A program made the position numbers and the translations under genes. A DNA stretch of 63,341 nt, counting the filler, from Octopus bimaculoides (Eukaryota), in NCBI RefSeq assembly GCF_001194135.2. It is 4 parts of 4 records of this genome, joined end to end, with 100 filler letters (N's around TTAATTAATTAA, not from the genome) between each part and the next. Parts side by side here need not be neighbours in the genome. Positions count along the whole stretch, not along the records: positions 1 to 16,612 come from NC_068999.1; 3 more parts are not named here. One strand, written 5' to 3'. Shown piece after piece: positions 1 through 14,620 of this stretch. Numbering within the stretch: the stretch's first letter is position 1; the number at the start of each line of letters is the position of its first letter. The notes under the pieces are model-generated. The model did no database searches. It saw nothing but the letters and a program-made list of their open reading frames with translations, and had not been told where the DNA came from.

Positions 1-35
<35 letters not shown>

Positions 36-39
36 CATG

Positions 40-480
40 TAGGTACAGGACGTCACCATCTATAAACAGCATGAAATACGAAAACAAATGAGTTCAATAT
101 GCAAACACCGAGAGAAGGAAATGGAAGACAGGACAAGTAACACAAAGAACGACCCTTCATCAGTTGTCGGTTGTCCATCTACTCCTCATTTCCAGCACTG
201 AACGACAATATGAGTCTTCGGAGGCAGTTGCTCCCATAAGTACCAAAATATAATTTGGGATATATGGAGGGTCAAAGTTGGAAACAAAGACAGGAAAGTG
301 AAGACACACAAGGAAACCGAACGAAAACAAACATGGAGGGTCGTTAGACCAGAACGAGTGTAAAATAGCGAACGCTGGAGAAATATTTTCTTTGAAAAGA
401 GAAAAGATAGAAGCGAACGATAGAATAAATCCAGCCCTTAGGACAGTCCTGAAAGAAAAGAAAGATGATCACGTGAGGAA
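40..480 (-). mobile_element. Interspersed repeat (family H, possibly a Penelope-like terminus) carrying a permuted hammerhead-like motif
   Basis: The reverse complement aligns by eye with 28500-28785: ACTTTGACCCTCC..CCAAATTATATTT vs ACTTTCACCCTCC..CCAAATTTTATTT, and shared AGTAGATGGA and ACAACTGA(T/C)GAAGGGT. Boundaries are approximate. Confidence 0.55.
151..215 (-). ncRNA. Candidate hammerhead ribozyme, non-circularly permuted (copy 1; stem II degenerate)
   Basis: Minus strand reads ACUCAU-A-UUGUCGUU-CAGUGCUG-GAAA-UGAG-GAGUAGAUGGAC-AACCGACAA-CUGAUGA-AGGGUC. Stem III is CUCAU/AUGAG, stem I is UUGUCG/CGACAA, the core is CUGAUGA plus GAAA, and the site is AUA. Confidence 0.5.
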
Positions 481-1358
481 CGTATATGTGCATGTATGTA
501 TATTATTAAACTCTCACGCATTTTCAGTGAGCAGTAGAATGTATTTCATTGACTTTTAGAACTTGAAAAGTACTAGATTTTTTTCACCACTCCATAGAGA
601 AAGATAAAGTTAGCCTTAACGGGATTTGAACTCAAAACGCAAAGAGACAAATTTGTCTGAGTCTGCACACGACAACATATACGCTTCAAACCATTAGCGA
701 TTATCAAGTGATTTTCATATGCAAGTGACAGTTTAGATACCTGTATAGATAACCATCTATAAGATCTGTAATATCTATACATCCATCAAAAGTATCTCAA
801 TTTTTCTTGCCTTGCTCCCTCTCTGTCTCTCTCTCTCTCTCTCGCGCGCGCTTCCCTCTCTCTTTCTATATATATGCCTCTTTATAAGCGTGCATACAAA
901 TGTATGTATGTATATATGTAGTTTTGTGTATATTTGTAAAGTTTTGCATGTTAAGTAATTCTATGTACTTGCAATTCTGTGGCCATATTTCTTTCACCTA
1001 TTAATACATTGTCGAATGCATTTAAATTCTCTTCACGTACGTTGCTAATGTCCCACCTGTCTATTAGCATGTATATTGTTACGTCTCATTTCACCTTCTA
1101 CCACCTCAACACCCGTACGTTTCTGCTTTGCCAACCAATCGATAATATATCGCTGGCCACCAACGTTACTTGCAAGCAAGCATATATCGACGAACCTGTG
1201 TTTTTATGTACGTATAATTATATTTTCGGTGTCACCACATATGCACAAATACATTTCATTCTTTCTGTAACTCTCTAGGCACACACAATCTGCTTCTCCT
1301 TTGGCACGCACACTCACATACACGCACTCATACATGCACACACTTAGACTTACGTTTG

Positions 1359-1362
<4 letters not shown>

Positions 1363-1416
<54 letters not shown>

Positions 1417-1430
1417 TATATATATATATA
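1363..1430. repeat. (TA)n microsatellite
   Basis: Direct reading. Confidence 0.95.
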
Positions 1431-2227
1431 TCGAGAGAGAGAGAGTATGTATATATGTACATATATAATATAGATGAATTTAGATATATGAAATATACAT
1501 CTACTTAGATGCATTTATATGTGTGTGTGTGCATGTGTATTTATATATACACACATCCATATATGAATATATACCTATACATATATATTTGTATATATAC
1601 GTGTGTATATAAACAGATACACATACATTCTCTTAATTCATCAGGTTCATTTAACTAAATGATAGTCTGTTTATGAAAACATACTGACAAGTTTCGATTG
1701 TTATTATTTAATGAAATAACGAAATTTTGCAAATATTTGCATATTTTCTGCTGTATTCTTCTCAATTCCATGGAGTGATTTGAAAGAAATTCTCTAAATA
1801 TGTACGCTTTTCATTGTAATCACAAATGCTTTAAATTTCCTGGCGATAAATGCATTTGTGAGAATATGATCATAAATATTCACCATTTTACTGGCATTTA
1901 AATAACATACATAATTGGACACCAATTAATTAGCTGAAGTAATGAACTTATATTTCACACCTTGAATGTGGTATTCTCTACATTATGTAAATGGAAATAC
2001 AAAATATTTCTTGCTAATTTGTTTCAGAATGTGTCTGTTTCTCTCTATCCCCCCCCTCTCTCTCTCTGTGATTCGTGCCTTTGAAACTACTATGACACAC
2101 ATACAAATTTTAAAACATTTTAAAAGCTGGCATTGACCAGAATGTATTACATGTCAATAGGGAATTCGATGACTGCGTTCGAAAACACTCAACGGGTAAT
2201 AAGGATGATAATGTTTATGACGATGGC

Positions 2228-2228
<1 letters not shown>

Positions 2229-2280
<52 letters not shown>

Positions 2281-2340
2281 AAGTTAGTAGTAGTAGTAGT
2301 AGTAGTAGTAGAAGTAGTAGTAGTAGTTAGTAGTAGTAGC

Positions 2341-2429
<89 letters not shown>

Positions 2430-2435
2430 CAGTAG
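2229..2435. repeat. (GTA)n microsatellite
   Basis: Direct reading; source of the poly-V/S/L/Y/T ORFs. Confidence 0.95.
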
Positions 2436-2630
2436 TTTGAAATTTTGGTACAAGGAAGCTATTTCGGGGAGGAGGAAAGTCGTTTACACTGACCTCAGTA
2501 CTCAACTCGACCCCGAAAGGATGGAAGGCAAAATTGACCTCGGCAGAATTTGAACGCAGAAAGTAAAGACGGACGAAATGCCGCTAAGCATTTTGCCCAG
2601 AGTTTTAAGGATTCTGCCCGCTCGCCGCCT
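2436..2630 (-). mobile_element. tRNA-derived SINE, family A
   Basis: Minus-strand head AAGGCGGCGAGCGGGCAGAATC, B-box-like GTTCAAATTC, central GGTCAATTTTGCCTTCCATCCTTTCGGGGTCGAG and tail TGTACCAAAATTTCAAAC. Several copies occur in the window. Confidence 0.8.
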
Positions 2631-2793
2631 TAATCATAATAGTAATGTTAATAATGAGGAATATAAAGGAAATCGAGATAGAGGACAGAGTAGACCTACG
2701 CATGCAAGACTACAGGAGTTCGAACAAAAACTGGTAGTAACCCGCTATCCACATTATTCCTACCAGGAATAAGACCGAACTGAGCCAAACCAA

Positions 2794-2848
<55 letters not shown>

Positions 2849-2946
2849 CCTACATGACACCTACATGAACTTCTAACTTGTTGTCTCTTGAGGTCTCTGG
2901 GTGAGACTTGGATCCAACTTGTACAAATGCAAAACAAAAGTCAAAC

Positions 2947-3030
<84 letters not shown>
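2794..3030 (+). repeat. (AAT)n tract interrupted by a ~104-bp insert (2846-2949) resembling the 3' UTR of an R4/Dong-like element
   Basis: (AAT)n flanks TTGTCTCTTGAGGTCTCTGGGTGAGACTTGG...AAAAGTCAAACATA on both sides. The 3' UTR identity is from recollection only. Confidence 0.5.
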
Positions 3031-3031
<1 letters not shown>

Positions 3032-5174
3032 TCGTGTACCATACAAATCGTGTACCATACAAATCGTGTACCATACAAATTAAAAACAGGTCTGTGCTTT
3101 ACCAGTGAGATCATTGGGGGAATAGTACTAACTTCTTCGCTGACACTTTGGCCAGAAGTATGTAATCACCATTTTTTTTATGAGCCGAAAATTATCCATG
3201 TGTTTTTCTTCGATCGGGTCCTTTCTCAGTGGTGCCACTACTCTTCAGCTCACATCAGTAGGAATTCTTCCGTTCTGCTGCGAGCTGTGGTTGACATCAG
3301 CTAAAACTCTATAAACCATGTGATCAGTCCTTCGAGTATCAAGCCACCACTTCCTGTATTTTAATGGCTACTACCGGCCATTCTCAACATTCCACTTCCG
3401 CCTTCAAGAATTGCGGCAGGTGATCGAGGTAGACATTGAAGTCCTTTCTGAAATTCAGTGCTCCACTCCCCATCGAGAAGCTGAGCGAATACCGTTGAAA
3501 AGCAGCACATATCTGCTTGTGATTGACTAACCAGCACTCATTATAGTCTACGAAAGATCGAATTGTAACTTGTTGCCACGTTGCGCCAGTGTCAAATCAG
3601 CCAATCGATCGGATTCCATTCTTTCATCCCTTACAGTATGTGCCTTAGCTCTGACAACATTGCCTTGGTGTTTCGCATTGAAGTATCTGTCGAGGGCCAA
3701 TCTCACTGCAACCACCTCGATCGCAGAGCCATTCCTTAGTGCTTCTTTTAATTGTTTAACTAGATCTCCCACTAATCTAGTTTCCTTTATTTCTCCTACT
3801 TTACTAAACTTTATCGTTACTACTTTAAACACGAATTTCCTGATGATGCTTCATTGTTCGCTTTATGAATTCCTTTTTATGTCTACTGTCGGTATAGATT
3901 GGGATTATGCTTGCGTTTGATGCGGTGTTTGTATTCATATTTGAGGTGTTGGTGCAGTTGGTGCTGGCATTGTATTGTGTGTTTTTGTCATATCTTCAAA
4001 CCTCACAAAACTTTGAGGGCAGAATTGTTTCATTCCATTTTTTTTCTCATTCTCTCCTTTCTTAAAGAGGCAGTTGTCCATTGTTTCTCTTTGACACTCT
4101 CCCTTCACGACATCTCTGAGGTACATAACATATCTGAAGCTTGAGGGATTCCGTTGTTGATGCTGGTCGATAGAGTTCCCATCTCTACACCTGATGTTTG
4201 CCTTGCAGCTATCGATATCTCTGTCTTTGCAGTTTTGTTGCACTCCCGGCTGTCATGTTTGGGTACTGCTGTTGGTATTGCTGTTTATGTCGTTGCTTTT
4301 GTGTCGGTGATGTCGACATCAGTTATGTATATTCGTCCTTCTTTATTTATGGACACAAAGCCCTCAATTAGTTTGTATCACCACATCAATGCCAGTTTGG
4401 CATTCTGTGGTCAACCAGTGCGTACACTTGCAAGTCCCCTGATAACTTGACTTGGTCTGGAATGTTTCATCGCTTTCTTGATCTGTTTGAATCAAAAGTC
4501 TCATCTGTGTGTGCGTGCGACCAGTACTATTGCACCCTAAGGACTTGCTACATATTCCCTTTTTTCCCTTCGATATCAAGTAAAACGGCCGCCACTAGAT
4601 TGCAGTCATTTATTTCTAGTGTCCCATTGACGACTTTTATAATTGCAAATCTCCGGCCGAGGTGATTGGGTAAGCGGACCAATTCATCCCTGTTTAGGTG
4701 TGTCGCAGAATATTTCCTGGCTTCCACGACGGTCGGAAATTACATCTCAACGATGCCGAACGCTTTCCCACTAAAATCTTTCATTGAAGACACTTCTCAA
4801 TCTGAGTTTCTGTCGCTTAATCCATTTTCCGGGCTTCAGTCATATGCACTAACGTATTATATTTTTTCCATGTGTATGCCCTCCTAGATTTGCGATATGC
4901 TTAAAAATACTGACCTACCACTTAGGAAACTTTTGGCAATTTTTAAAAACTGGGAAATTGGGAAATTGTCTTTAACACTAGCTTGTGAAATCCTAAATCA
5001 TTGATTTTCTAGCTGCGATATTGGCGTCATTTATGGCGTCAGTGTTGAAGATGGCGGTAGGGGGCGCTGTTGCTGATGGTTGTTTTGTTATTGGCGGTGG
5101 TTATAGTATTAGTATTTATATTGCTGCTGTTAATTCCTTTATTATTGTCATTCTCATTATCAGTTTTGTTGTTG

Positions 5175-5228
5175 CCGTCGTCGTCGTCATCATCGTCGTC
5201 GTCGTCGTCGTCGTCATCGTCGTCATCA

Positions 5229-5263
<35 letters not shown>

Positions 5264-5371
5264 ANNNNNNNNNNNNNNNNNNNNNNNNNNNNNNNNNNNN
5301 NNNNNNNNNNNNNNNNNNNNNNNNNNNNNNNNNNNNNNNNNNNNNNNNNNNNNNNNNNNNNNNNNNNNTCA

Positions 5372-5427
<56 letters not shown>

Positions 5428-5430
5428 GTG
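5175..5430. repeat. (GTC/ATC)n trinucleotide repeat spanning an N gap
   Basis: Direct reading. Confidence 0.9.
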
Positions 5431-5973
5431 GTCGTCATCGCTCTTGTTACCATTGCCGCTATTTATTGCAATGCCGGTGATGACGGTAGTGGTGATGTTA
5501 TTGTTGCCGTATATTATTTCGCTTTTGTTACTATTGTTCTTGTTTTTACTGTTGTTGCCATCGCCACCTGTTGCTGCAGCGGCATAGCTGGTAATGGAAG
5601 TGGTGCCTTGGCTTATGGCCATTAAGATCAAAAAGGCAGCATCAAGTTTACTATTTCAAACAATATTTTCCTCCCTGGGGTCTCTCGTCAAAGATTTCGA
5701 CGCCATGTTTTGAGCTTTAAGCAAATGATTAAGTTCAAGAGAAAACTAACAAATACTGTCCGGAAAGGCCAAAACTAATGGAACTGATCAGTTCCTTAGG
5801 ATCCTGGTCAATTTAAAGCACAGCAGTTTAAAAAGCTTAATGGTAGGCTTTTTAAAACGCAGTTAACAAATAACAAAATTGCGATCAATATAAAGAGGCT
5901 TCTGTAAGGGGATATAACCCACCGGAAAATTACACAGCAATAAATATAATAATGTATAGTATAGCACAAAATA

Positions 5974-6188
5974 TTGGTTTCAAATTTGCCACAAGGAAAG
6001 CCATTTTGAACGAGGAGATACGTCGATTACATCGACCACAGTGTTTCACTTGTATTTAAGTTATGGACTCCGGAAGGATGAAAGGCAAAGTCGACCTCGG
6101 TGGAGTTTGAACTCAGAAATTAGCGATGGGCGAAATACTGCTAAGCATTTCGTCCAGCGCGCAAACGATTCTTCCACCTCGCCGCCTT
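5974..6188 (-). mobile_element. SINE family A with probable target-site duplication
   Basis: Same head, centre and tail as 2436-2630. Flanked by TATAGCACAAAATA (5960-5973) and TATAGCACAAATA (6192-6204). Confidence 0.8.
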
Positions 6189-6204
6189 ATATATAGCACA
6201 AAAT

Positions 6205-6411
6205 AATCGTTTCTCCTAAAGGCACGAAGCCTGAAATTTTGGAGGACGGGGCTAGTCGATTAGATCGACCCCAGTACGTAACCGGTGCTTAATTTATCGA
6301 CCGCTAAAGGATGAAAGGCAAAATCGACCTCGGTGGAATTTGAGCTCGCAACGTAGCGACGGGCGAAATATCGCTAAGCAACTCGTCCAACGATTCTGCC
6401 AGCTCGCCGCC
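6205..6411 (-). mobile_element. SINE family A, adjacent tandem copy with an alternative tail
   Basis: GGATGAAAGGCAAAATCGACCTCGGTGGAATTTGAGCTC and GATTCTGCCAGCTCGCCGCC; tail TTTCTCCTAAAGGCACGAAGCCTGAAATTTT. Confidence 0.8.
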
Positions 6412-7273
6412 ATATTTATAGCTCTGAAATAATGAAAGCAAGATATGATTGAATAGAAAAAAAACATTTAGGGTCCGCGCCTATACACAGGAGTGAAACC
6501 AGTAGCTGGGCCAAGTTAGAGTACCTCACATCTTTACTCGTCTCCCATTGCTCGTACTGCTCTCGTGTGCCGTCGATGGTTCCCATTATCAAAAGCTGAG
6601 GATAAAAAACAATCCACCTTTTCAGGATACATCTTTCTTAGCTCGCTATAGTATTCTTATATTATTCTGTACCAATTTCTCTTCTTCAAATGTCTCCTAT
6701 ACTCCAGACCCCAGCTGCGTTTGAGTAATCAATGCAAACGTGGTATACTCCTTTTCTCACAAATATGTGATTCGGTCTATTAGTCTGTGAATTTCTTTTT
6801 TTTTTTTTGAGGACTAGTGCATCATAATTTTCGAGGACCAGTGCATCATAATTCCTCGTCTCCTCGCCATTGCCTTCATTATTGTTCTAAGAAGGGGCAT
6901 CACGGTTGTTTGAATTTTTATGTTCCTGACAATTCAGAGATAGTCTTCAGGACTCATAGTCTTCAGGATCCACCAAGACTTGCTTATCCATGTAGTCACT
7001 ATCCGACCATATGTCGTTGGGGGCCATCTGCACGTCCACCATTTTCAGCTAGCCTTCTCTACCGCAATAGTGACGATGACTGAAGGATTAACGTTGGCTC
7101 CGGAGTTTTTAACTGGGATCCATATAAATCTCTTCGATTTAGTTTGAAACAGAACAATTTCGTTCCTTTCTTTTTTACTCCGTCTTCGATGAAATCTTCA
7201 GGCAAGATGACATAGTCTCTTGTGAGATACCTCACATTTTAATTTCCCAAAAATCGACCTTGCCCAACATCCA

Positions 7274-7278
<5 letters not shown>

Positions 7279-7337
<59 letters not shown>

Positions 7338-7338
7338 C

Positions 7339-7369
<31 letters not shown>

Positions 7370-7375
7370 ACTCAC
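7279..7375. repeat. (CT)n microsatellite
   Basis: Direct reading. Confidence 0.95.
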
Positions 7376-7950
7376 TCACTGTCACTCTCTTTCTGACTTG
7401 CAACTCTTGTTATTGTTGCATTCAGCATTCAACTTCTGGCGGTTGTTACTTATGAGTGGTGAAGTATTGAAGTCTGTGTTTATAAGTGTCTGTCTGGGGA
7501 ACCGTCATTTACTTCTGTGTATTTTTTAAACCGTGATTGTCTGCGCTCGTGTGTTTCTTGTTTAAGTGTCATCATCTGTTTATGTTTATCATCTTTTTTT
7601 AATCTGTATTTTACTTTGAAATTTGTCATTGAAATTCATAGGGGAAGATTTATAGCTATCACGTTTGCGCTTGGCATCTGTTACTGCTGTACCAAAAGAC
7701 GTAACCATATTAAATTATTTGTAAACAATGTTGACTGAAATATAAAAATGTTCAAAATTCTCCAAGAACAAGTCGTATTTTTCTGCACAAAAGTAAACAA
7801 GAGAGATCGTCTGACGTTTAAAACTCCCACGTTGGTATTATGCAAAAACAAAAAAAAACTTGTATTAGTGAAATGTAGAAACTAGAACTTCTACGGTACT
7901 GTGCCAAATATGTGCCAAATTCACCGTAAAACACAATTGCATTTAACAAA

Positions 7951-8236
7951 ATTCTACTATAGGCACAAGGCCAGAAATTTTCAGGGGAGGATGTTAGTCA
8001 ATGTCGAATACATCATCCCACACCGGTTATTAATAATAGTAATCTTTTCTACTATCGGCACATGGCCTGAAACTCTTGGAGAAGGGACTAGTTGATAACG
8101 TCGAACTCGGTTCTCAACTGCTGAAAGGATGAAAACCAAAATCGATCTCGGTGGTATGGGAACTCAAAAGTAAAGACGGACTAAATGTCACTAAATATTT
8201 TGTCCGGCACGCTAACGATTCTGCTAGCACACCATC

Positions 8237-8238
<2 letters not shown>
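7951..8238 (-). mobile_element. Degenerate SINE family A plus an extra tail fragment
   Basis: Two TCTACTAT(A/C)GGCACA(A/T)GGCC tails, AAAGGATGAAAACCAAAATCGATCTCGG and GCTAACGATTCTGCTAGC. Confidence 0.65.
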
Positions 8239-8316
<78 letters not shown>

Positions 8317-8317
<1 letters not shown>

Positions 8318-8416
8318 TCTCTGGCTGCCCAGTCCTGGCTAAGAAGGAATATATTCACAGACACGACAGAGCTGGGACCTATATACACTGGAAGCTATGC
8401 CAATACTATGGAATAA
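8317..8416 (+). mobile_element. R4/Dong-like RLE non-LTR retrotransposon fragment directly after (AAT)n
   Basis: Translates ISGCPVLAKKEYIHRHDRAGTYIHWKLCQYYGI, the zinc-knuckle-to-RHD segment of RLE-clade elements. Truncated by a gap. Confidence 0.75.
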
Positions 8417-9823
8417 CNNNNNNNNNNNNNNNNNNNNNNNNNNNNNNNNNNNNNNNNNNNNNNNNNNNNNNNNNNNNNNNNNNNNNNNNNNNNNNNNNNN
8501 NNNNNNNNNNNNNNNNNNNNNNNNNNNNNNNNNNNNNNNNNNNNNNNNNNNNNNNNNNNNNNNNNNNNNNNNNNNNNNNNNNNNNNNNNNNNNNNNNNNN
8601 NNNNNNNNNNNNNNNNNNNNNNNNNNNNNNNNNNNNNNNNNNNNNNNNNNNNNNNNNNNNNNNNNNNNNNNNNNNNNNNNNNNNNNNNNNNNNNNNNNNN
8701 NNNNNNNNNNNNNNNNNNNNNNNNNNNNNNNNNNNNNNNNNNNNNNNNNNNNNNNNNNNNNNNNNNNNNNNNNNNNNNNNNNNNNNNNNNNNNNNNNNNN
8801 NNNNNNNNNNNNNNNNNNNNNNNNNNNNNNNNNNNNNNNNNNNNNNNNNNNNNNNNNNNNNNNNNNNNNNNNNNNNNNNNNNNNNNNNNNNNNNNNNNNN
8901 NNNNNNNNNNNNNNNNNNNNNNNNNNNNNNNNNNNNNNNNNNNNNNNNNNNNNNNNNNNNNNNNNNNNNNNNNNNNNNNNNNNNNNNNNNNNNNNNNNNN
9001 NNNNNNNNNNNNNNNNNNNNNNNNNNNNNNNNNNNNNNNNNNNNNNNNNNNNNNNNNNNNNNNNNNNNNNNNNNNNNNNNNNNNNNNNNNNNNNNNNNNN
9101 NNNNNNNNNNNNNNNNNNNNNNNNNNNNNNNNNNNNNNNNNNNNNNNNNNNNNNNNNNNNNNNNNNNNNNNNNNNNNNNNNNNNNNNNNNNNNNNNNNNN
9201 NNNNNNNNNNNNNNNNNNNNNNNNNNNNNNNNNNNNNNNNNNNNNNNNNNNNNNNNNNNNNNNNNNNNNNNNNNNNNNNNNNNNNNNNNNNNNNNNNNNN
9301 NNNNNNNNNNNNNNNNNNNNNNNNNNNNNNNNNNNNNNNNNNNNNNNNNNNNNNNNNNNNNNNNNNNNNNNNNNNNNNNNNNNNNNNNNNNNNNNNNNNN
9401 NNNNNNNNTATATATATATATACATATATATATATATTATTCTTTTTTCTACCAGTAATTACAAATAGAACAGGGTGAATTGCTTCTTTTCAAGGCCAAG
9501 GTCAGCGCTTTTGGTAGTCGCTGGTAGTAGTAAACACATTTCACCTCTGCTAACCCAAAGGGTCCGAAGATTCTTTTGTCCCTATGGCTGACCTCCTCAC
9601 CATCTGCCGAATCTATTTATAGACCAGAAGGATTTGATCTATTCACTAAGCTGCTACTCCTCCCCCAACTATTTCCTTCAACAGCCACATATTTATGATT
9701 ATCTCAAGTACAAAACAAAAGTTGAAAATAAAGAACTTTTAATAAAATCTGTTAATAATAAAACAAAATAGTAATAATGATAATAATAATAATAGTAGTG
9801 GTGGTAATAGTGATAAGGATAAA

Positions 9824-9893
<70 letters not shown>

Positions 9894-10324
9894 TGCTGCA
9901 GCTGCTAATAATACAACTACTACTATTCTGATAGCACAGGAATCTGAGGTCCAGCTACCACTACTACCACTACCCCCACCCCTACTACTATTGCTGTTGG
10001 TGCCACCACTGCTGCTACCACACACAGATACAACAATAAAGGCAGTAATTGACAACGGCGATAGAAAACTGAAGAAGAGCTTGTTCACCGAAGAAGATTA
10101 CAAGTGAACAATGGACTCTATGGAAAGTCGTTATGCATGACAGAACATCGCTGAGGATGGACAGATAAATAAAATGGTGTAATTTTCTATGCAGCTGTCC
10201 ATGTGAACAGCACTGGATATTGGTGCACCCCCTTGCCCTACATAGCCCTGTGTAACCTATGAATTTGTTAATATAACAATGACAAATAGTAAAACATCTA
10301 AAAACATTATCAGTGATATCAGTG

Positions 10325-10379
<55 letters not shown>

Positions 10380-10382
<3 letters not shown>

Positions 10383-11225
10383 AAGGAGAAAGTGGAGTCT
10401 CCTCTTGTCCTGATTAAGGATACATCTAGTCATGGTGTCACAAAAAAAACACTGGTAATTGCGCAACCTGATAATCGCTACCTCATATGAGTGACAATGA
10501 AAAGACAAAATATTGTGAATAACGGTGGTAATAAAACTGAAGCCATCGATGGTGACAATGTTGCACCAGGCAGGCTCAAATATTCTTTTTCGACTCCAGC
10601 CTGTCGATATCGAGAAAGGGACCACGGCGTAGATGGAGCAAGCAAAGTATTGCTGTGGTCATAGAGTGTTACTACCTGCGCAACCCGGTAGATGAATATT
10701 GTACTTAAATTAGGGGTTGTCAACAACGTGTGTATGATCATTTGAGGGAATGTGAGTTGTTTCAACTCACAGAACAGAGACTATGTGATCAAGTTAGAGC
10801 AATAAGAAAAAAATCGTTGGTTCACAGAAGTAGAGTTCGAAGCTATCAAAAGATGGGTCTTGGAAAATAGCAGCAGAGATAACAATGAAAATACAGTTCT
10901 TACTAATAAGAGTAATCTCATAGCACAGGAAAGGAGCAGTGGTAGTTTACTTAATGAGGGACATATAGATGATCTGAAAGAAGAAATAAAACTAATGGCG
11001 ATATGACAGATGAACGAAAAGTAATCTACGACAGAATAAAGGCAAGACTACAGGAGAACGATAGCAACATTATTTGCTACCTTAAAAAGTTGATCGGTAG
11101 AAATTGAACCAAGAAACGAAAGATGTCAATGAAATTCTGAAATACATCAAAACAATCAATATCAGAGGAACAAATAACTTGATCAAGGCAGCAAGTATTG
11201 CTGTAGCAGAAAACATGGGTGTTGT
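10380..11225 (+). mobile_element. R4/Dong-like element, decayed N-terminal region
   Basis: RRWSKQSIAVVIECYYLRNP (~10627), LTEQRLCDQVRAIR (~10766) and LIKAASIAVAENMG. Starts right after (AAT)n. Confidence 0.6.
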
Positions 11226-12835
<1,610 letters not shown>

Positions 12836-14142
12836 TTTAACCACATGTGGCTTTGTGTGGGCGGGTGGATGCGCGCGGGCGCGAGTGTATGTTTGTGTGT
12901 GTGTGCGATAGTGTTTCTGTCGACGAGATGTTGGAGAGTCGAATCAACGTTTCAAGCAAAAACATACTGAGCAACTTTGTTAAATCGCTTTGTCAAAATG
13001 ACTTAGTCCTTCTAATTATTAAGTTAAGAAAGTATCTAAGCTAACATAATCAACAATAATTCTTGAAGGTCGTGCCCTCGCTTCGACCCATATCAAATAT
13101 GGGAATGCATGATATTCTGACACAGCAACATACGTGTTTGATAAATACATAGGGCTACTTAGGTGGCATATATACCTGAACATCTGTTGAAACGCACGAA
13201 TTAGAAGATATCCTTCAGACAGCTAAATCACAAGACCAAGCTAAATAATCTATCTGCGTTAGAATTTGAGAGCCATAATTTTCTTGCCGAACAGGAAATC
13301 TATAAAGCTATCGATAACATTTCTTAAGTGAATATATTTCTAGTTAGATTTAACATCTGTCAGACGCCAAATAACCGGACTTTAAATTCGTTTTCAATAA
13401 AATTAGCAAATATGATTCTACCATTGAAAGCTGAGACAAGAGACTGAGATAATGACATCAACGACAGATAATTATTAAAAGTCTTGCTTAATTCTATGTC
13501 CTTACCTCAAACTAAATTACTGAAATTATCCAGAAATATTACTGACTAGGTGCTTAATTGATTTGAAATGAAAATCTCATATGTGACAAAATTAAATATA
13601 TTTTCAGTAACTGAGCTGTGTTGTTGCTTAGCTATTTTCCGTCTTCTGATTGTCAAGTTATTTCCCCTAGTTTGTTATGTCTTCAGCAGCAGAAATGAAT
13701 ACTCTGTAACTGAAAGCAAAATAGAGAATGGTCACGGTCAGAACAGCTTTGTGACTCTCAGATATATCTTTCCAACACGTGATGGTCATGACTGGAACGT
13801 CTTTGATAACAGAGTTGTTCAATCAAGAGCATCTTGAGGTTAAACGACTCTAGCGGGTTTTCAAGATAAGCAGAAACAGGTATTACCAACAGAGTCACAA
13901 GAATGCATCTATGCAATAAGTTGGCCTACTAGAAACAGCAGTCAAGTCTCACTTACTTCACATTGTTAGAAAATGAAGACATCAGGTAAGAAAGCTTTAG
14001 ATATGCAAGACTGAGTGGTCACGCTTGGGATGACTCCAATCCTAGTTCTTCTCTTGACGATCAAGGTTGAATCGCTAGTAAGATTTAGCAATATGCCATG
14101 TCATGAAACCCATTTCTAACTCATTCTCTCTGTCTCTCTCCT

Positions 14143-14181
<39 letters not shown>

Positions 14182-14404
14182 TTCTGTCTTTCATTCTCAC
14201 TCTCTCCCTCTTTCTTTCTCTTTCTTTCTCGGCTCTCACAGACATCTTACGAGTTCACGTGGGTAATAACACGTAAGGTGTAGAATTGTTAGATTCATTA
14301 CATATGGGTGATATACTGGTTGACTAAAACCACTGAAGTAAATGAAAGCATATGAAAATCAAAAATATATCGCAATAATTCACGGCCGGTTACAATGAAA
14401 TACT

Positions 14405-14620
14405 GATTCTAAATATTGGCACAAGGCCAGTAATGTTTTTGGTGGTGGGGGTTCGATAACATCGATCCTAGTACTCAACAAGTACTTACTGTTTTGACCC
14501 CGAAGGGATGAAGAGAAAAGTCGATCTCGTTGGAATTTGAATTCACAACGTAAAGACAGACCGAAATGCCGTTAAGCCTTTCACCCAGCGTGCTAAGTAT
14601 TCTGCCAGCTCACCACCATT
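14405..14620 (-). mobile_element. SINE family A
   Basis: TTCTAAATATTGGCACAAGGCCAG...GACCCCGAAGGGATGAAG...TATTCTGCCAGCTCACCACC. Confidence 0.75.

Noticed and set aside
6520-7240. Direct repeat TACCTCACAT at ~6522 and ~7227 as LTR ends
   Set aside because: Only 10 bp, and the intervening sequence shows no retroviral motifs I can identify.
8185-9468. Long ORFs crossing N-runs (also near 18 kb, 27 kb, 35 kb and 41.6 kb)
   Set aside because: The length comes from X residues in gaps. Only the short R4-like piece at 8317-8416 is informative.
9480-9700. Possible CR1/L2-type RT remnant
   Set aside because: The resemblance rests on a few residues across frameshifts; too weak to call.
12915-12965. 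GAAACGUU motif on the minus strand as another hammerhead
   Set aside because: No CUGANGA partner at a compatible position.
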